NCBI GenBank assembly: GCA_041666945.1 | Contig: JBAYFY010000001.1 | Location: 55,813 to 119,812 of the forward strand | Length of the DNA: 64,000 nt | DNA from: Candidatus Buchananbacteria bacterium | GTDB taxonomy: Bacteria > Patescibacteriota > Patescibacteriia > 2-01-FULL-39-33 | Direction: 5' to 3' | Part shown: one piece after another, positions 55,585 to 64,000 of the stretch | Position numbering within the stretch: the stretch's first letter is position 1 | Layout of the letters: each line of letters starts with the position of its first letter | Program-made: the position numbers and the translations under genes | The notes under the pieces: generated by a model | Told to the model about the DNA's origin: nothing | Seen by the model: only the letters and a program-made list of their open reading frames with translations | Databases searched by the model: none

Positions 55585-56160
55585 ATGGAATTAAAACCCG
55601 GACAAAATCAAGGATTCACTTTGGTAGAAATGCTGATTACTGCCGGTTTGTTTGCTATTACCTCAATATTGGTTGGCGGAGTTTTTATCAATGTCAATAA
55701 CCTTCAACAGCAGACCGCCAATATGGAAAAATTGCAAAACGACGGCAGATATATGGTGGAAAAGATGGGTCGGGAAATCCGCGGCCGTGAGTTGGATTAT
55801 GAAGCAACTTTGCCGTCCGCCGAGGGCAAGGTGGACCGGCTGGTATTTAAAGAAGACGAAGCCGGAGAAATTTGGCAGTTGGCTTATGATGCGGAAGATT
55901 TTTCCGCCAAAATATTCATCACCACCGTTAATCCTAACAATACCGTTTCCGCTTCACTTAACGCTTCCGATGTGGGCGTAAAGAATCTGCAATTCATCGT
56001 CAGCCCGGTTTTTAATCCTTATGACGATGATACGCTCAATGATTATGTTTATCAGCCGGAGATAACCGTGCTGATGACGCTCTACAACAAAAATACTTCA
56101 AGTCGCCATTATAAAGAACTGCGATTGCAGACCACGATTTCTTCCAAAGTTTATCACTAA
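55585..56160 (+). CDS. Minor pilin (PilW/PilV-like)
   Basis: MELKPGQNQGFTLVEMLITAGLFAITSIL. Confidence 0.78.
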   Translation: MELKPGQNQGFTLVEMLITAGLFAITSILVGGVFINVNNLQQQTANMEKLQNDGRYMVEKMGREIRGRELDYEATLPSAEGKVDRLVFKEDEAGEIWQLAYDAEDFSAKIFITTVNPNNTVSASLNASDVGVKNLQFIVSPVFNPYDDDTLNDYVYQPEITVLMTLYNKNTSSRHYKELRLQTTISSKVYH

Positions 56161-56162
56161 TT

Positions 56163-59083
<2,921 letters not shown>

Positions 59084-59088
59084 TTTTT

Positions 59089-59541
59089 ATGAAAAGATAC
59101 CATAAACGATTACGCGATTTAAAAAGCGTCAAGGAGATTAATGATGTTAACCGGGAACACTATAATCGTTTGAGTCCCTTGGATAAATTAGCGATTTTCA
59201 TCACGGAGAGGGTCGGGACCATTGGATTTTTTTTGGTTATTTTTTGTTGGACTTTTTGCTGGCTGACCTGGAATATCTTTGCTCCCAACGCCTGGCGTTT
59301 TGATTCTTTTCCCGCTTTTGTTTTGTGGTTATTCATCTCCAATATGATCCAGATCATGTTGCTGCCATTAATCATGGTCGGCCAGAATTTGCAAGCCCAT
59401 CATGCGGAGATTCGGGCAGAAAGTGATTTCCGAGTTAACGTAAAAGCCGAACGAGAGATTAAAAGGGTTATTAATCATCTTCAGGATCAGAATAAGATCT
59501 TATTAAAAATGGTTAAGTACCTGGAAAAAGAAGATAAATAA
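59089..59541 (+). CDS. DUF1003-family membrane protein
   Basis: Two TMs (GFFLVIFCWTFCWLTWNIF / VLWLFISNMIQIMLLPLIMVGQN) followed by a coiled coil. Confidence 0.6.
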   Translation: MKRYHKRLRDLKSVKEINDVNREHYNRLSPLDKLAIFITERVGTIGFFLVIFCWTFCWLTWNIFAPNAWRFDSFPAFVLWLFISNMIQIMLLPLIMVGQNLQAHHAEIRAESDFRVNVKAEREIKRVINHLQDQNKILLKMVKYLEKEDK

Positions 59542-59559
59542 TACCCGTTAGCCAGGATA

Positions 59560-59583
59560 AACGCCCGCGTTAGGGCGTTTTTT
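59560..59583 (+). terminator. Rho-independent terminator
   Basis: AACGCCC/GGGCGTT stem (59560-59566 pairs with 59573-59579), 6-nt loop, then TTTTTT. Confidence 0.8.
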
Positions 59584-59625
59584 AGCACTTGATTTTTTTT
59601 ACTGTTTTATGTTATGATTTAATAT

Positions 59626-61122
59626 ATGAAAGAAGCCGCTAAACAACGTTTATCGGAAATTTTTCCTGCTGCCAGTATCTGGTTAACTTTTATCGCTGCC
59701 ATAACTTTGTCACTAATTAAGCCGCTTTGGGCGGTTTATTTTATTTTGGTTTTTTCCGTTTATTGGATTGTCCGCTTGTTTTACATGCTCTGGTGGCTGA
59801 TTTCCTCCTGGATTAAATTCCGGCGCGATATTAAGAAGAATTGGCTTAAAGAGTTGAAAACATTGCCTAAGAATTATCTTGATTATTGGCAGGTAATTAC
59901 TTTGCCGACTTATAAGGAGCCGTATGAAGTAATTGAAAGGACTTTTGAGACATTGCTGAAATGCGATTATCCTTTGGAAAAGATGATTGTGGTTTTGGGC
60001 GGAGAAGACCGCGATGAAGAAAGTTTTTTGGCTATAGCCAAAAAAATTGAAATTAAATTTGCCGGCAATTTTAAAAAATTGATTATTACAGTACACCCTC
60101 GGCGGCCCGATGAATTGCCCGGTAAGGGCGCCAACGTCAATTACATGGAGAAAAAACTCAAGGAATATATTGATGTTGAAAATATTCCCTATGAGAACGT
60201 CATTGTCTCTTGTTTTGACGTGGAGACATTGCCTCACCCGCAGTATTTTGCCTGCTTAGCTTATAAATACCTGACTCATCCCAATCCGACCCATGCCAGT
60301 TATCAGCCCCTGGTGCTTTATAACAACAACGTCTGGGAATCTAATCCGATTATCCGCGTCGTGGCTTCTTCCACAACTTTTTGGTTGTTAACCGATATGT
60401 CACGGCCGGAGCGTTTACTGACTTTTTCCAGTCACTCCATGAGTTTTAAGATGATTGTGGATGTGGGCGGACACGAAAAGACCATTGTTTCCGAGGATTC
60501 ACGCATTTGTCTGCAAGCCATTGATCGCTATAATGGCGATTATGAAGTGGTGCCCATGTTTATCACCGTGTCCATGGATACGGTTTATATCGGCAAGTTT
60601 TGGCAGTCCCTGAAGAACCAATACAAACAGATGCGGCGCTGGGCCTGGGGCGTAGAGCACTTCCCTTGGATGTGGGATCATTTTTTTGGCGCTCATAAAA
60701 ATGTCAATATTCCTTTACGCGTGCGTTTGAGATATTTCTGGGTGCAGGCCGAAGGCATGTATTCTTGGGCGACGGCGCCGATTTTGATTTTGGTTGTCGG
60801 TCGCTTGCCTTTAGCCATGATTTCCGGCGCGGATAAGGCCTCGGCCTTTGTTCAAAATGCCCCCGTTACCCTGGAAAGTTTGATGACCATTGGTATGGTA
60901 GGTTTGATCTTAAACGCGATTATGTACACCCTGACCCTGCCGGAACGTCCTAATCGCATGTCAATCGTTAATTGGTTGATAATGGTTTTGCAGTGGGTGT
61001 TATTTCCTGTTACCATGATTATTTTCGGTTCCATTCCAGCCATAGAATCGCAGACCCGTCTTTTGCTTGGCGGCAAATACCGCCTGGGTTTCTGGGTGAC
61101 GGAGAAAAAAATACAGAAATGA
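59626..61122 (+). CDS. Processive family-2 glycosyltransferase (cellulose/chitin-synthase-like), membrane-embedded
   Basis: N-terminal TMs, DxD-type motifs, and the signature QxxRW (KQMRRWAWG). C-terminal TMs. Confidence 0.75.
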   Translation: MKEAAKQRLSEIFPAASIWLTFIAAITLSLIKPLWAVYFILVFSVYWIVRLFYMLWWLISSWIKFRRDIKKNWLKELKTLPKNYLDYWQVITLPTYKEPYEVIERTFETLLKCDYPLEKMIVVLGGEDRDEESFLAIAKKIEIKFAGNFKKLIITVHPRRPDELPGKGANVNYMEKKLKEYIDVENIPYENVIVSCFDVETLPHPQYFACLAYKYLTHPNPTHASYQPLVLYNNNVWESNPIIRVVASSTTFWLLTDMSRPERLLTFSSHSMSFKMIVDVGGHEKTIVSEDSRICLQAIDRYNGDYEVVPMFITVSMDTVYIGKFWQSLKNQYKQMRRWAWGVEHFPWMWDHFFGAHKNVNIPLRVRLRYFWVQAEGMYSWATAPILILVVGRLPLAMISGADKASAFVQNAPVTLESLMTIGMVGLILNAIMYTLTLPERPNRMSIVNWLIMVLQWVLFPVTMIIFGSIPAIESQTRLLLGGKYRLGFWVTEKKIQK

Positions 61123-61143
61123 AAAGAATGACGCTTAATATCT

Positions 61144-62181
61144 ATGATTAGCCCTAAGGTTACCATAATTATAGTTACCCGAAACAGCCAACGCTTCATG
61201 GCGTCTTGTTTGGATTCTATTTATGCCCAAACCTATCACGATTTTCAGGTTTTAATTATTGATAATGACAGCCATGACGGTACGGTTGATTTTGTCCGTT
61301 CCAATTATCCGCAAGCCGGGATGTTTATTAACAATAAAAATTCCGGTTTTGCCAAAGCGAACAATCAAGGCATTCGGTTGATTAAGTCGCCGTTTTTCCT
61401 GCTCTGCAATCCGGATATAATTTTAGAGCCGGATTGGCTTATGAAAATCATGGCCATAGCGGAGTTGGAGCAGAATAATGATTGCGCCAGCTTCGGCGGC
61501 AAATTGCTCAAACTGAAATTGATCAACTCGGAAATAGGCGAAACAGAAAAAACCGAAATCATTGATTCCTGCGGTTTACAATTACTTAAGAATCATCGTT
61601 TTGTGGAATTGGGCGCGGGCCGGCCGTCAGCCGATTATAATCAGGCGCAAGAGGTGTTCGGTCACTCCGGCGCTTTAGTGTTGTTGCGCAAGGAATTATT
61701 AGAACAGGCCGCCATTCAGGACAAATATCATTACACGGGAGATTTTTTAGACAGTAATTTTTTCTTTTATAAAGAAGATGTGGATTTGGCTTGGCGGTTG
61801 CGCCTTCAAGGTTTTAGGTCAATGTTTATCCCCGAGGCCGTGGCTTATCATTTGCGGACGTTTCCGGCGGCGCAAAAGAATCGTCTGAGCGAGGTGATAG
61901 CCAATCGCCGCCACCAGAACGATTTGGCTCGCTATTATTCTTACCGCAATCATTTTTTGGTGCTCTTGGGTAATGAATTTTTGTCCAATTTGTTGATTTA
62001 TTCGCCGTTTATCATTTGGCATGAACTAAAAAAATTATGTTATTTGTTAATTTTTGAAATCAGGAATTTAAGGGCGATTATTGAGGTGATTGGAATGTTT
62101 CCCCAGACGCTCGCCAAACGCCGCCAAGTTTTCCGGCGCGCCAAACTAACGGCAAAAGACATAAGGAAGTGGATAAATTAG
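61144..62181 (+). CDS. Glycosyltransferase family 2
   Basis: VTIIIVTRNSQRFMASCLDSIYAQTY...VLIIDNDSHDGT. Confidence 0.8.
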   Translation: MISPKVTIIIVTRNSQRFMASCLDSIYAQTYHDFQVLIIDNDSHDGTVDFVRSNYPQAGMFINNKNSGFAKANNQGIRLIKSPFFLLCNPDIILEPDWLMKIMAIAELEQNNDCASFGGKLLKLKLINSEIGETEKTEIIDSCGLQLLKNHRFVELGAGRPSADYNQAQEVFGHSGALVLLRKELLEQAAIQDKYHYTGDFLDSNFFFYKEDVDLAWRLRLQGFRSMFIPEAVAYHLRTFPAAQKNRLSEVIANRRHQNDLARYYSYRNHFLVLLGNEFLSNLLIYSPFIIWHELKKLCYLLIFEIRNLRAIIEVIGMFPQTLAKRRQVFRRAKLTAKDIRKWIN

Positions 62182-62969
62182 TTAAAATTATGGAAATATC
62201 AATAATTATTAATAATTATAAAACCCGCGGCCTGCTCAAGCAGTGCCTGAAGGGGATATATGCCAATCCGCCCAGCGTGGAGTTTGAGGTCGTAGTGGTT
62301 GATAATAATAGCCAAGATGGCTCCGTAGAATTAGTTAAAGAGAATTTTCCGCAAGTTCGTTTAATCGCCTCAGATAAAAATCTCGGCCATCATAAAGGCA
62401 ATAATTTAGGCATTAAAAATTCCACCGGCAAATATGTTTTGATTTTAAACACCGACATCGCCGTATCGGCCGGCGCCATTGATGAACTGTACGGGTTTAT
62501 GGTTAGCCAGCCGGAAATCGCTTTGGCCGGCCCGCGGTTAAAGAACCCCGACGGTTCTATCCAAATGTCTTGTTTGCGTTTTCCGCATTTGCTGACCCCG
62601 TTTTATCGCCGAACCATACTTAGTCAATTCAAATTCGCGCAAGAAGAATTGCGTCGTTATTTGATGGAGGATTTCAGTCATAATGAAACGCGACCCGTTG
62701 ATTGGATTCTGGGCGCCTGCGAGATGGTGCGCCGCAGCGCGATTGAGAAAATCGGCGGCATGGATGAAGGATTATTTTTGTATTTCGGCGATGTGGCGTG
62801 GTGTCGGAAATTCTGGCAGGCGGGATTGCCGGTGTATTATTTTGCCGGCGCCGATATCATCCATTATCATAAACGCGAATCGGCGGAAAGCGGGGTATTC
62901 TCCAAGATTTTTTGGATTCATATCAGTGATTGGATCAAATACTTATTGAAGTATTATCGGAACAGTTAG
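62169..62969 (+). CDS. Glycosyltransferase family 2
   Basis: ISIIINNYKT...VVVVDNNSQDGS...LILNTDI. Overlaps the previous gene by 13 nt. Confidence 0.8.
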   Translation: MDKLVKIMEISIIINNYKTRGLLKQCLKGIYANPPSVEFEVVVVDNNSQDGSVELVKENFPQVRLIASDKNLGHHKGNNLGIKNSTGKYVLILNTDIAVSAGAIDELYGFMVSQPEIALAGPRLKNPDGSIQMSCLRFPHLLTPFYRRTILSQFKFAQEELRRYLMEDFSHNETRPVDWILGACEMVRRSAIEKIGGMDEGLFLYFGDVAWCRKFWQAGLPVYYFAGADIIHYHKRESAESGVFSKIFWIHISDWIKYLLKYYRNS

Positions 62970-63028
62970 GGCGGTTAATTTTGTTTGGGCTTTTGACTTC
63001 AAATAACTTTATGAACTTTTGACTCAGA

Positions 63029-64000
63029 TATGTTTTTTAAGAAGAAAAACAAGCTGGAGCAGCTGCTCCAGGCAAGCCCTTTTAATGGGAAACCCAAAAG
63101 GAGGTGGTGGAGATTTCTAGCGCCGATTTTGTTATTGCTGGCGATTGTTTCAGCCGTTATCGTTCCTTTGGCGGTAAACGGCAGCCAGATTTACGCGCGA
63201 ATGATGGCAATTAATAACCGGGTAGAACCGCTGATGGCAGCCGCGGCGCGGGGTGATTTTGCGGCTATTGACAGCCAATTGACAGCGACGCGTGAAGATC
63301 TGGCCGCAGTAAGAGGGAAGGTTCAAAAATTAGGGCCGATCCTCTGGTTTCCAGCGGTAGCCAAAACCGCGCGGACCGGCGATAAGATGCTGCTGGCAAC
63401 CGGTGATTTATTGGCCGGTTATCAGGAGATGTTGTCGGTTTTTTCTGATTTGTTTTCCCAAACAGAAGAGCAAAAAGTGGTGTTTGATTTTTCCCTCAAG
63501 GAATCCAAGCGTCAGCTGTTAGCTTCCATTGTTAAAAACAGGAACAAGCTGGAAGAGGCCAAAACTAAAATCGCTTTGGCTAAAGCCGAATTAAACTCGG
63601 TTAATGCCAATGATTTGACCGGCGTTTTCCAGAGCAGAGTAATCGCCGCCAATCGCTTGTTGTCTGAAGTGGTGGAGCAAAGCGAAACGGCCTTGCCGTT
63701 ATTCAAATATTTGCCGGAACTCGCCGGTTATAATCAAGCAAAAAATTATCTGATTCTGTTTGAAAACAATACCGAACTCAGGCCGACCGGCGGATTCATC
63801 GGCAGTTATGGCTTAGTGACCATTAAAGATGGCGACATTATCGCCATGCATACCGATGATATCTATAATTTGGATAAATGGTCTAAAGATAAATTGCAGG
63901 TGCCGGCGCCTTGGCCTATGACCGTTTATAACAATCAGAAGTACCTGTTTTTGCGCGACGCCAACTGGTCGCCGGATTGGCCGACCTCGGCGCGGCAGAT
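63029..64000 (+). CDS. DUF4012-domain membrane-anchored protein; the 3' end lies beyond the window
   Basis: Manual translation from ATG at 63029: MFFKKKNKLEQ...WWRFLAPILLLLAIVSAVIV (TM) ...LFENNTELRPTGGFIGSYG (DUF4012 signature). The frame is open to the window end, so it is missing from the ORF track. Confidence 0.75.

Overview
Gene content suggests this window comes from a small-genome, probably monoderm, CPR/Patescibacteria-like bacterium; that assignment is inference from gene content only. About 90% of the window is coding.

From left to right the window contains:
- **1-8260:** housekeeping and competence genes. These are topA (partial, minus strand), dprA, pth, der, a FemAB-family transferase, an MFS transporter and rsmA.
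- **8517-30879:** a ~22 kb plus-strand operon. It starts with a small membrane protein carrying thrombospondin-type-3-like Asp repeats. Next comes a 3881-aa secreted, cysteine-rich giant protein with CBM-like and PKD-like modules. After that comes a minimal Gram-positive-style type IV secretion core, then comFC. The secretion core is a VirB6/TcpH-like polytopic protein with a ~700-aa charged tail, two unknowns, a PrgI/VirB3-like protein, a VirB4 ATPase split into two ORFs, and a small bitopic protein.
- **30939-32192:** three tRNAs (Ser-GCU, Ser-UGA, Arg-GCG) interleaved with two small membrane proteins.
- **32236-35637:** recG and radA, convergent.
- **35644-39842:** a minus-strand operon. 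It encodes a membrane-anchored protein, a TolB-like beta-propeller, and two paralogous secreted Cys-rich proteins that share a near-identical two-helix hydrophobic hairpin module. One paralog is fused to an SLT lytic transglycosylase (VirB1/TraG-like). radA sits 6 nt downstream of this operon.
- **40277-57083:** a long plus-strand run. It begins with a secreted fibre-like protein with seven G-x-VGIG repeats and a second Cys-rich secreted protein. A complete, secretin-less type IV pilus locus follows: pilM, a long pilN, pilO, pilB, a CheY-like receiver, a degenerate pilT-like gene, pilC, the major pilin, pilD and four minor pilins including a PilX-like one.
- **57086-64000:** ligA, a DUF1003 membrane protein, three GT2 glycosyltransferases (one processive, QxxRW) and a partial DUF4012 gene running off the window end.

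No rRNA, CRISPR array, integrase or transposase was seen.

The most interesting candidate is a combined cell-surface, DNA-uptake or host-attachment machine: a giant adhesin-like protein coupled to a VirB3/4/6 core plus ComFC. It sits beside a second envelope module (SLT fusion and pilin-like hairpin paralogs co-transcribed with RadA) and the type IV pilus locus. The three surface operons share the operator-like motif TGTGGATAAG, a perfect DnaA-box 9-mer, just downstream of extended -10 elements.
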